The notes beneath the pieces were generated by a model that saw nothing but the letters and a program-made list of their open reading frames with translations, was not told where the DNA came from and searched no databases. From the NCBI RefSeq assembly GCF_964355755.1, contig NC_092678.1:140422-204421 (forward strand): a stretch of 64,000 bases of DNA, given 5' to 3'. This DNA is from Antedon mediterranea. Its lineage: Eukaryota > Animalia > Echinodermata. The position numbers and the translations under genes were made by a program. Shown one piece after another: positions 36,139 to 47,700 of the stretch (the stretch's first letter is position 1; each line of letters starts with the position of its first letter).

Positions 36139-37592
36139 CTAAAGCAATCAAATAGAAATTTATTAATAATAAAACTGTAATTATATGTATGTTTTGTTCA
36201 ACACAAGAAGTGTGCTTCTCTTTGAATAAACCAGTTTTAAACAAAGTTATTGATAATGTATTTTACTAGTATTAGTCAAAAAGTAGAAACACATATTACT
36301 AAGTACAGTATATAGTTTATAAACATTTGCTGATGAAAAAATATAAATATTCTAAATAGAATGAATGGAATTAAAGAAAACTGCAGAGTAGAACCAAATA
36401 AGGGAATGAAGAAACAACTCAAAACTGGGCTACAAACAAAAGATGACAAACCAAGAGGATGGTAACATTTTATTGATGATACTGAATATAAATAACAGCA
36501 AAAGCATTTAAATATTTTATCACACACCACTTTTTCACTGGAATAAAATCAGACCAAAAAATAGTTACAAATTCCAAGCATAAGAAACTAAAATTTGATG
36601 TGTCAAATTACAATTATAATTTGAAAATAATTTAAATCAAAACAAATATATTACAACATGAATTACATTTTGAAAAGAGGCTATACTTTAACAGAAAGCA
36701 CTATTGACAGCAACAAGGGGATCATGAGGAAAGAAGCAGTGAAACTGTTGAGCTTGTTTCTTGCATTCATTCTCGTTCCCGTTTATTTTGTTTAAAGAAG
36801 ATATAATTAATAAAATAATACAGTTTTATGGTCAAGTCACACTACACACAATATGCCAAGTATAAACATGTTTATATTATACAGTACTATTAGTAAAGCA
36901 TAGCCACAGGACAATTAAAAAGTGTTAGTTTTCTGACCCACAAGAACAGTATAGCTCACAAACCTTGCCAAGTTCCTACAGACCTAATAATATGATTATC
37001 AAGACAAAAAACAATACAAATGCAATCAGTTGATATAACAGTATTTAATCACATACCAAGTGTTCATTTATACTATATATACAGTTTTTGAGTATTATTA
37101 GTAATAATGTGTCATTGTTTTATATTCAGAAATGATTCACCATCATAATATCTCTTTTTCCATCAATCATGTCATCATCATTGTTTTGGGAACATTCCAT
37201 TTTTACCCTCACTCTATAATTTCATTTTAATAATAAAGCTAAGCCCAGATAAACAGGATGATCTGATAAACATAAATAAATAATTCCACTAACGGTGACG
37301 AACCTGCACATTTTGACCACACTGGCCCTGGCCTAACCCCTTTCAGTAGGCCTTGTATTGTAATCCCAACCTAATGAAGGGTTGGTGTACCAACGTACGT
37401 GGGGCGTTGAATACCGGTGGTCTTCTATCTATCATCGTCGCAATGCAGGCTAACGACGAACCCACTGTACATCCCGGAAGGAGACATTTTTGCACTAAAT
37501 TCTCAGAAACCAAGACCGTATGACCTCAACATTTATACGTCAAAGTATTATGTACATTTAATTTAAAATAAAATATAGAAATTAAATATTTA

Positions 37593-38060
37593 CCAATTAT
37601 CTGCTTTGCTGATATTACCGTTCTTTTTGGTCTATCTTTAACATACAAAACAGCACTTCTTTGCAAATGGATTTGCGAAGAAACAATTTCATGTTTTCTC
37701 TTCCGATACGACTATAGAGGGCGTTTATACACATTTTTTTTTTTCATTATTAATTTTACAATAAAATAGGGCCCGCTTTCAATTACATTAATTTACATTT
37801 TACTGTATGTAAACTAACTTTAAATGTTGAAATATTTATTTTAAAATGTTTATTCACGCCGTAATATATAAATAAATATAGGTATTTCTCAAATATTTTA
37901 AACGCTTTTGGAGTGCGTACTAATATATTCATCTGTAATTGATGTAAACAGCCAAGGCCTATGTTTTAGTATGGCGTCGATCTGAAGAGTCCCAGGCGTG
38001 TCGATTCGTAACAAATAATATTTTTATTTTGACCCGAAAAAGACTCAAAAAATAATTTAA
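37593..38060. promoter_or_regulatory. Bidirectional promoter region MAPKAPK2/RBM15
   Basis: Divergent genes; CTTCCG (~37700), TATAGAGGGCGT (37713), YY1-like ATGGCG (37971). Confidence 0.6.
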
Positions 38061-40295
38061 ATGAAGTATCAGCCAGCAAGAGACACTTCAAGAAGAATTA
38101 AGGATAGTCCTGAAATGCATCAGCGCATGGGGAGAGACGATCGATATGAATCTAGAGGAGGTGGAAAACCTGGTCCTGGAGGAGGTCGTGGTGGCAGTTA
38201 CAGGCGGGACTTCTACGATGGGGATAAGAGGCGTAGCAGAGACGATTTTGAAACTAGAGATAGAAACAATTTTGGAAACCGTGGTTCGGGGTATAAGTAT
38301 GATAATAAGGATAATTACTATAAAAGTTTGAAAGTTACAAAGTTCCCAAGTCATGTTTCTGACGGTGCAATTAGGGATGCATTGTTTCATGAATTTAAGA
38401 AATTTGGTGATGTCAAAGTCAAAGTAACTCACGGAGGAGATGAGAGAATTGCATTTGTAAATTATGCTTTTGCAGAACATGCTAAAGAAGCAAAGCTAGC
38501 TAAGTCAGGGAGGCTAACACTTTTTGGAAAACCTCTTTATGTTGACCCTGTTTACAGACGTAGAAGCGTTTCCCCAGAAATGGGGTACGGTAGATCGTCT
38601 CCGGGCAGAAGTAGAGTTGGTGGTAGTTACCCCAGAGACCAAGGTCCAAGAGACCATGATTTTCAATCTTATGAAAGACGATTTTCTGGCGGGAGTGCTG
38701 ATAGCTTTCGTGATAGAGAGCCTCTACTCCTACCGGAAGATGACCCAAAAGCAACTCGTACTTTATTTGTTGGTAATTTAGAGGGCGATATCCCTGAAAG
38801 TGAATTAAAGCATGTTTTTTCAAGATTTGGAATGGTTGAAGATATTGATGTGAAAAGGCCAGCGCGTGGCCAGGGAAATTCATATGCATTTGTTAGATTT
38901 TGTAATCTAGACCAAGCTCATAAAGCCAAAATTGCAATGCAAGGCAAGTACATTGGTAGGAACCAGGCCAAAATTGGCTACGGTAAGGCCCAGCCAACTA
39001 CACGACTCTGGGTGGGAGGCCTAGGCCCTTGGACGTCTCTAGGTGTACTTGAACGTGAATTTGATCGTTTTGGAGCCATCAGAAAAATTGATTACCTTAA
39101 GGGAGAAAATTTTGCCTTTATTTTGTACGATTCTTTAGATGCTGCACAAGCAGCCGCTTCAAATATGCGTGGTTTTCCGCTTGGCGGACCTGATCATCGT
39201 TTACGCTTGGATTTTGCCGAATCTTCGCACGATCAACGTGGAAAGTTCCCTCAGTTCAGTGATCGAGCTGCTTCGCCGCGGCATAATCAGAGAGACGATT
39301 ACGAGCCAGGATTTCGCTACAATAAGGATTTTGATGGCGGTAGACGTCAAAGCTATGGTGGTCGAAATGATGTCACTGAGGAGGGTGGGTATCGTAGGGG
39401 TAGTAACTGGCAAGAAAACCGCTACGGAAATAATTGGAATAGACAAGAAAGAGATTCTTACGATCCAAGAGATAATCGCAAACGGCCAATGTCGCCATCT
39501 AGTGATCAGTCTCGTGAACGTTCACCAGACAGAAAAAGTTATAAAAGAGTACGTAATCGCTCCGCTGATCTGAATGAAAGTACACCAGAAAAGCGCATGG
39601 ATGATCAGTTTGATTCGACGGGAAGCGACCATTCCCCTGAACGCCAAAGGCGTCACGGTTCAAGGAGTAATGACGATGATAATGGTGCATTTCGTGGAAG
39701 AAAACGTGAACGTGAAAGTAAATCTGATAAATCTAGTAGAATGCGAGAAAGAATTGCCGCTGTTGACAGCGTGTTTGATCTGTCCAAATATTTTGGTGCT
39801 GCCTGGCATGGCTTTATTGTGTTGAAAAATAGTGCTTTTTGTACTCGCATGTATCTGTTAGATGGAGACATCTCAATTGTTGAGTCATTACTTGGTTCTG
39901 GTAAAAATGAGGATGAACAAATTTTAAAGATTACACAACGTTTGCGTCTTGACCAACCTAAACTGGAAGAGGTGACCAAGAGGATTACGTCCGCAGGAGC
40001 TGATGGTCACTGCTTGTTGTTGGCTCTGCCAGCCGACGATGCTCCGAAATTACCAAATGCAACACAATCGCGAACGCTTAGAAATTTGGTGACTTACTTG
40101 CAACAGAAAGAAGCAGCTGGTGTGATTAGTTTGCCTGTCGCAGGTCACAAAGACAAAGAAAGTGCTGGCATTTTACACGCATTCCCACCCTGCCAATACT
40201 CACAGAACCATCTTCTGCGTATTGCTCCAAATTTGGGTATTGAACCATCTAAAGAAGATCACTTAGTCATCATCATTGTGCGTGGTGTTGCTTAA
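38061..40295 (+). CDS. RBM15: RNA-binding protein 15 / Spenito (3 RRMs + C-terminal SPOC), intronless, 744 aa
   Basis: LFHEFKKFGDV (RRM1), PEDDPKATRTLFVGNL (RRM2), PTTRLWVGGLGPWTS...MRGFPLGGPD (RRM3), SPOC motifs WHGFIVLKNS, LKITQRLRLDQPKLEEV, LRNLVTYL, AAGVISLP. Confidence 0.97.
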   Translation: MKYQPARDTSRRIKDSPEMHQRMGRDDRYESRGGGKPGPGGGRGGSYRRDFYDGDKRRSRDDFETRDRNNFGNRGSGYKYDNKDNYYKSLKVTKFPSHVSDGAIRDALFHEFKKFGDVKVKVTHGGDERIAFVNYAFAEHAKEAKLAKSGRLTLFGKPLYVDPVYRRRSVSPEMGYGRSSPGRSRVGGSYPRDQGPRDHDFQSYERRFSGGSADSFRDREPLLLPEDDPKATRTLFVGNLEGDIPESELKHVFSRFGMVEDIDVKRPARGQGNSYAFVRFCNLDQAHKAKIAMQGKYIGRNQAKIGYGKAQPTTRLWVGGLGPWTSLGVLEREFDRFGAIRKIDYLKGENFAFILYDSLDAAQAAASNMRGFPLGGPDHRLRLDFAESSHDQRGKFPQFSDRAASPRHNQRDDYEPGFRYNKDFDGGRRQSYGGRNDVTEEGGYRRGSNWQENRYGNNWNRQERDSYDPRDNRKRPMSPSSDQSRERSPDRKSYKRVRNRSADLNESTPEKRMDDQFDSTGSDHSPERQRRHGSRSNDDDNGAFRGRKRERESKSDKSSRMRERIAAVDSVFDLSKYFGAAWHGFIVLKNSAFCTRMYLLDGDISIVESLLGSGKNEDEQILKITQRLRLDQPKLEEVTKRITSAGADGHCLLLALPADDAPKLPNATQSRTLRNLVTYLQQKEAAGVISLPVAGHKDKESAGILHAFPPCQYSQNHLLRIAPNLGIEPSKEDHLVIIIVRGVA

Positions 40296-41062
40296 TCCAA
40301 AACATTAATGTTATTTTATTATTTGTGATTTATTACATTCACATGAAAAATATTGTTTTTTTAAATCTAATTTTATTTTGTGTTTATTTTCATTTTGTCG
40401 TATACAATTCAACAATATGTATTGAAAACACTTTATTTTTGTAATTATGAAATATGAAATTTGTGTCCAAATAATGTAATTGAGACAGCAGCAGCTAAAC
40501 ATTGATTATAAACATGAAACAATTACCAATTTATTTGGTTTTAATTTTGATATGTTTTTGATATATTGATTTTTAAGAGGTCTGTTGTAGTCCAATATCA
40601 GTATTATTTATTACTTCATCTCCTTTGGATTGTTTTTACTGATTTTAACTTATTTAGCAATGTGCTCCAGTATGTATTTGAGTCTTCAAGAATTATTTCC
40701 TGTTGTAAAAAAGACATTTTGGAACGTTTTTCGTTTTCATCTTTTGTTGTTTGAAAATGTCGCCTTTTTATACTACAAACCCATGATATTTGTGATTTGA
40801 TCACTGCACAACGAGATGTTTGATAAATTGGACTGATTTTGGGAAAAAACGAGAACCTGTTGAGAATTTGATGTGCATCGAATTGTGAACGTCTTTGTAA
40901 CACAAAAGCAAGATTTTTGTGCAACGTGCCTGAAATTGTATGATCAATGTTTTGATACAGCAAGATTTAGACAATGTGATTTGTTACGCCACTTTGAATT
41001 AGTGCTTGAACTACAACCCATGTGATGGCTATATATAATAAATGTGATATATAAACTCTTTA

Positions 41063-41481
41063 TGTGAATTGGAGGCAGCATCAAGTGTGCAGTAAACAGT
41101 GCCTCAGTCTTAGTACGATACTTAAAATGTGAATTGGAGGCAGCGTCCAGTGTACATAAACAGTGTGTTTAGTACGATACTTAAAATGTGAATTGGAGGC
41201 AGCGTCCAGTGTACATAAACAGTGTGTTTAGTACGATACTTAAAATGTGAATTGGAGGCAGCGTCCAGTGTACATAAACAGTGTGTTTAGTACGATACTT
41301 AAAATGTGAATTGGAGGCAGCGTCCAGTGTACATAAACAGTGTGTTTAGTACGATACTTAAAATGTGAATTGGAGGCAGCGTCCAGTGTACATAAACAGT
41401 GTGTTTAGTACGATACTTAAAATGTGAATTGGAGGCAGCGTCCAGTGTACATAACCGTGCCTCTTAGTACGATACTTAAAA
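41063..41481. repeat. 59-bp tandem array (~7 copies) just after an AATAAA (41037)
   Basis: TGTGAATTGGAGGCAGCGTCCAGTGTACATAAACAGTGTGTTTAGTACGATACTTAAAA units. Confidence 0.95.
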
Positions 41482-41908
41482 GGTGAGACATCTCAAGGAG
41501 AATTTGAAACCTCTCTTAAATTTGCTATATTTTTATCCTGTTCACCAGCAATATTCAAAATGAGTGCAATAAATTTGTATGTTATGGAATTCGCAACGTT
41601 TGTATATTTTGCGAGAATATCAAAATATTCATTTGGCAGTTTTTTTTACGTGCATCTCAAGTATTTATTATATTGATATTGCCAAATATTTTGTACAGCG
41701 TGTTCAACAGTTTGATCTCAATGGAGAAAACATGTGTATTTTGGAAAACCTTGGTGCTACTGACAAAAATAGCCTGTATTGTTTTATTTTTATAGTTTGT
41801 GTGCAATATATATTTTAATATTGATCAACTGATGTATAAATTGAGAAGCCAGAAAAAAGAATCTGCAAGGAATGTGCCTTATTTTACGATAATTAATGCC
41901 AAATATTT

Positions 41909-42689
41909 TTATAAAACCAAAAAATTGTGTGTGACGGTTGTATCACCTTGATTGTAACTGCAAGCAACCGAGTGTTTGTAGAACGTCATGTGCTCTGATG
42001 ACAATACTGGTAGGTTGACGACGTCAATCCTGGTTTCTACTTGTACATTTGTTACTCTTTCTTCCTCACTAACTTGTTCTGTTTGTGCTTGAATTTCAGC
42101 AGGAATTGCATTGATCAAGAATAATTGGATAAAATCTGTGGATATTGAGCAACAAAATGGATTAAAACAGAATAACAGAACATTTAAATATTTTGGCTAA
42201 CAATTACTTTGTGAACAATTGCAACAACAAACGGACAAGATTATTTAAAGTTGATTGACGATGAACATTAAATAAAATTGAATTGACTATGAAATCAGTT
42301 TGCAGAAGACTATGCTGAACTGTTCTCTAAAAGTACTATAGACAGTTTTGTATGAAGATTTTGAAACATTATAGCTAATATTGTAAGCCTGAATATGTAT
42401 GATCATGTTAGTAATAATATTGTGCCATCATTTGTACAGTCTTCTTCATAAGTTAGTGCATATAGAAGCTTATTATGCACAAGTTGTTTTAAACTAGGCA
42501 ATGGCATTAATAATTTCTTAAAGTGTCTTTATTGGACTAATATTTTACGTGCATGATGTAAATGTGCATTAATTAATGTCATAAACGGGTTAACATTTGG
42601 CCCAATAGCTCAGCTGCGTCGCAACTCAATAGTTCCAACGTTTTGTAACGGAATGATGTATTATATGTACCGTAAAAACTGTTGCTCAT
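41909..42689 (-). CDS. Candidate two-exon small gene, 81 aa, no recognised homology
   Basis: ATG 42689, donor ACG|GTAC (42670), acceptor CCACAG|A (42136), in-frame join, stop 41909; AAAATGGCGG upstream (~42740), AATAAA ~120 nt downstream. Confidence 0.35.
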
Positions 42690-43029
42690 CCAGGTTCCAA
42701 TAGGTAGTCTTCTTACGTAGCTAATCAATTTAAACCGCCATTTTATATAGATATTGTTGATGCAACATAGGTTTTTAACAATAAAAACTTCAGATTATGA
42801 ATTTACAGTACGTGTTTTTATTTCCTACATATAAGCGAAAGTGCGAGAGGTTTGTTGACAGTAAAAAGTCTGCTTCAGCAATTGAAGAAATTTTGCGACC
42901 TGGACAAAATCGTAGCAATTCAAGAAATCATAACGACAAAGGTTAGTATGAAATGCACAACTGAAATTATGCAGCGAATTACAGTCGACTCCGCCTAAGT
43001 CGAATATAATGGGACTGGTATAAAAATGA

Positions 43030-43376
43030 ACGAGTGTGCCTTATGGACTGAATGTTGCGACGCCAAAAAAATCAAATGTTTTAAAAAAGATAAAGTTACT
43101 GTGAAATGCACAACTGCCATTGCGCAGCGCAATTATTTAAATACACATGGAGTAATTTTGTCCTAAATTGATTTTGCGACTGCATACATTCAGAGTTTAA
43201 AGTAGCTTGAATAACGAGTTTGCCTTAGCGACTAAAGTAATGTTGCGACGTCGACAAAATCAAATGTTTTAAAAAAGATAAAGTTACTGTGAAATGTACA
43301 ACTGCCATTGCGCAGCGGAATTACGTAAATACACATGGAGTAATTTTGTCCTAAATTGATTTAGCGACTGCATACA
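43030..43376. repeat. ~190-bp imperfect tandem duplication, preceded by a TA|CAGTCGACTCCG Tc1/pogo-like TIR fragment (~42980)
   Basis: AATGTTGCGACG...AAAAAAGATAAAGTTACTGTGAAATG...GCGACTGCATACA occurs twice. Confidence 0.8.
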
Positions 43377-44789
43377 TGCTGTGAAATAAGTTTGGATACA
43401 ATGATGAATAACTTCAAGATTTTTTGTATTACCCACATTTTTAATGTAAACTTAAATATACAATATAAAACAATGTATTCGTGCCGTAAGAAATATTAAG
43501 CATTTAAATCAACAACACTAAAACTAAGTAATACTTTGAACAATTAATTTAAATTAAGTATGAATTATTTAATATGGTTAAGTAAAAAATTATGACTTTA
43601 AACAAGAGAAATTAATTATGTTTTTTAAATGCCAGAAAATATATACATATGAAAACATTTTTAGCAAGAATAAAAAAACATCAATTATTGTATAATTTCC
43701 TAAACACTCTTAATCCCACATTGTGAGGTTTTCTCTGTAAAAAAATATATAAATGGCAAATCTATTATAATAAAAATAAGTGAAACAAAAGGTATATACA
43801 TTAATCGAACACAAAATCTGTGGATTTTGAACACGCCGATTTTGAATGCAAATCTGGCGTGAGCTATAATGAAACGGGAAACTGTTAGTTCAAATAACTG
43901 GAGATCATATGTTGTACTGTTGTATACAAAATACATTACTCTGTAGAATCTGGTACAACATCCCTGAAAAAATACTACATGAAAAAGTCATAAAATATAC
44001 CTACACAATGTATCTATTACACTTTACATATTTCTATTTAGTTTAACACAAAATAAACCGTGTAGATTTATTAAAACTTTTTATTAGGTAATATCAACGA
44101 TTTTAGATTATAAATGATATCAATCTATATATTAAAATTCATAATCTGGTTATTAAATTAATATATTGTATATATACAATTATGGTACATTTATACCAAA
44201 GGTCACTTTGCAATATTTAAGGTGATGTAAGGTCAACGACCCTTTACCTACATAGTTTGGACAAGAATCTGTACTTTACCTAGGCCCATTCCATTTGCTT
44301 CCATTTTTTGTTAACATAAAAAAATGTATTGAAAATTAATTTTACTGCCAAATTTTGTCATGATTTTATGATTTTGCATTTAAATATTAAGATTTGACAA
44401 TAAAATGTTAGTATTCATAGTGAATTATTGATTTTTGTTATTAAAATAAGAATTAAATTTTATGATTATTGTTATTAATATATAAAACAAGTGTTCAATG
44501 TTATTATTATAAAACTGATTGAATTAGGCTATGTTTTATACAAGTCTACAACCCATTTTCTACATATATTTACACACACAGCCATTGCACTTCTTCATGG
44601 GATAGTTAGCTATCCAGCGAGAACATTTAAAATATAGAGTTGCATTTAAGTTTTAATACGGCCTTGTGGAAGAACACATTTTGTTGTGAAAGAGTCTCCG
44701 TTTTAAAATAAAGATTTTATTATTATTATTATTAATATATAGATACCCAGTTATTCTATCTTATTTGTGAACTTGAAAACCAGCTATGA

Positions 44790-47700
44790 TCATTGACTAT
44801 GATCGGGGGTTCTTTTTGGCCTGCTTGGAACAGGGGGAGGAGTTCTCTTTGGTGGGACTTCCGGTTCAGCCGTTCCCCCCACTGGAATTTGTACAGAAAG
44901 TAGTCCGTTCAATTCTTCACTCGATGGCACAGTTATCTGAATTTCACCAATATCCTTCAACGAGGTCTCGCTCCCGCTGTAAATGCCAGAATCAACAGGA
45001 CGTGACGGAACAGGGTTTTCGTGCGTCGTTGGTAATGTTTCTCTAGTAATGACAGGCATTTCACCTGACCTTCTCGACAAATTAGATGAGCTAGTTTTCC
45101 GTGGTAGAGGGGGTGGTGCTTCATTTACCTACATTAAACAAAACATTCCATACAATGGTTGTCATTATAAACATTCCATACAATGGTTGTCATTATAAAC
45201 ATTCCATACAATGGTTGTCATTATAAACTATCATTATTATAAAGTTAATTCAAAAGAAACATTTATGAGTACAGCAGTAAAATATAACTGCATAAGTAAT
45301 CTTGCATATAATGAGCAATATGATACCAAAGCAAAGAATAAAGCATTTATAGCAAAAGAACATCCCATAATAGTCTCTAGTGATGGTAAGTGTATAAGAA
45401 CCTTCATTCACAATGTTAAATGTGTTGTAAGTATTTGAAGTCCCTAACCAACCAGTATATACTGCTTAACAATGTTAAATATGTTGTATAAGTCACTAAC
45501 CAACATTAAGTGTGATAATTGCTTCAAGCAATGTAAAGCATGATGTGATCACATTAAATAATGTAATCTGGAATGTGTACATTACCACTAGTGTTGTTAC
45601 AGTACCATTGTGTTCTGACAGCATCCATCCAATATTAAACATACTTGATTACAATCTGTGCAATTAGTAGCCTTATACATGATTTAATAAACAAGCAACA
45701 TACAAAATAGCATAAAAGGAAACAAGTAATTCACTACCGTACATTATAAAAATAAACTACATTTTTTCCCCACCAACACCTTTAGTGTACGGTATGTGAA
45801 CAGGGGTGCCATGGTATAACAGGGGTGCCATGGTATAACAGGGGTGCCATGGTAACAAACACCCTTCTAATGTGCGGTAAACATTAGACCCATTTATTAA
45901 TACATATATATATAAACATGCTGCTAAGTCTGATAGAGTACAAAGCACAAGAAATAGCAATAATGTAGCAGTTAAAGCACTTAATGATCATGCATACATT
46001 TCACACAATGTCAAAATACATATCTTGTGTCAGCAGTAATTAAAGAATTAAGAGGACTGTTCCTTTTATTTCCTCCACAAACAAGGTAGGATACATCATG
46101 TGGCAGCATAAGATAAGTGACAGATAATGAGTGCAGTAAGAGAACCAACATTCCACACAAGTTTGTACAAACATACTATATGACAACATTGAATATTAGT
46201 AAGCAGGATGCGTCAAGCTTGAATGAGCTCCTGAGTGAGTGTGACATGCAGGTCTATGGTACGCAAGAACTCACCTTGCGAGGGGGGACGGCCGGTGGAT
46301 CCGTTTCAGGAATAGGTGAGTCAGAACGAGACCCTGATGAAGTACTTCCTGCAATAATAAAAACAACCTTTTTAGTTCAATAAAATATATGGTATATGAC
46401 TTTGTATGCAAAATATCACATTGCAAAAATTAATTATTTTTATTGGCCAGACGGCAATAAAGCTCTATGTGTATATAGCAATAATATCAAACATTAATAA
46501 AGCGCTCTTTACCAGAGTCTCACAGCACAACATGAAAAGAATATTGATAAAAAGTTTGTGGTACACCACGTATATGAGTCTCACAGCACAACATGAAAGG
46601 AATATTGATATAAAGTTTGTGGTACACCACGTATATGAGTCTCACAGCACAACATGAAAAGAATATTGATAAAAAGTTTGTGGTACACCACGTATATGAG
46701 TCTCACAGCACAACATGAAAAGAATATTGATATCAAGTTTGTGGTACACCACGTATATTAGTCCTGAAAAGAACTGTTGAGTTACTCGACGTTTCGATCA
46801 ATATGCTTTGATCATCATTGATCAAAGCAAACTATTGAAATAGGTGAGTTTTCAGGTGAGATTTGTATTGAAAGGAAATGGAGTGTAACAGATGTATACA
46901 GAATGAAACGCACTAACCTGTACCAGAATTTGGTCTTGACCCACCCCTTTTGGGCAAGGGTGGCGGAATGCTAGGAAAGGTGTCACCGTCTGAGCTAGAT
47001 CTGTTGGACACGTTGGAGATGATGCTTGACCGGTAGAACGTACTGTTATTGATGTCCAAGCTGCTTGAACTACCAGAATCCCTAGTGTGCGGAATACTGC
47101 TTGAACTAGTACTAGAACTATCAGAGGTTCCTATTCCACTCAGAGCTACAAAAACCAACAATTAAAAGGTCAATATGTTTAGATTTATCAGTTTAATCCT
47201 AAAGCTTTCAGTATTTTATTTTTTTATTTTTATTAAATGTTTATTTAAAGAGGGTGACCCTGAATATGCTGATAATCTAGGGCTCTCATATAAACATATA
47301 AAACAAACAAATATGAAAATAATAATGTCATCATACCATCTTGGCTTATCATCAAGCCGGGGTCACTGTTCTTGCGAGGGCTCACTGGTCCTCTCTTGTA
47401 TGACTTTGGTATAAGTCTTGTCTACAGAACAACAATATTAATAATAATAAATAAAGCAACAATTAACTGTCAGATACCTTCATAAAATTACCAAATTACA
47501 TCCACTGTTTGTAAACTGAATTCAAAGGAAAAACAAGAGAGAATACAATAGTGTTTTTATAAAGAACAATGTTGAAAATGAGATCTATATAAAAGAGACT
47601 TTGTTCAATTTTGAACCCATAAGGTATGTTAAAACTAATCTACAATACAGTGCAATCCTAGATATCTATACACAATACAACATATAATACTAGTTATAAA

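Noticed and set aside
38088-39979. Overlapping and antisense ORFs within RBM15 (and similarly 20495-22471 within BICD)
   Set aside because: Shadow ORFs of long coding exons with no recognisable motifs.
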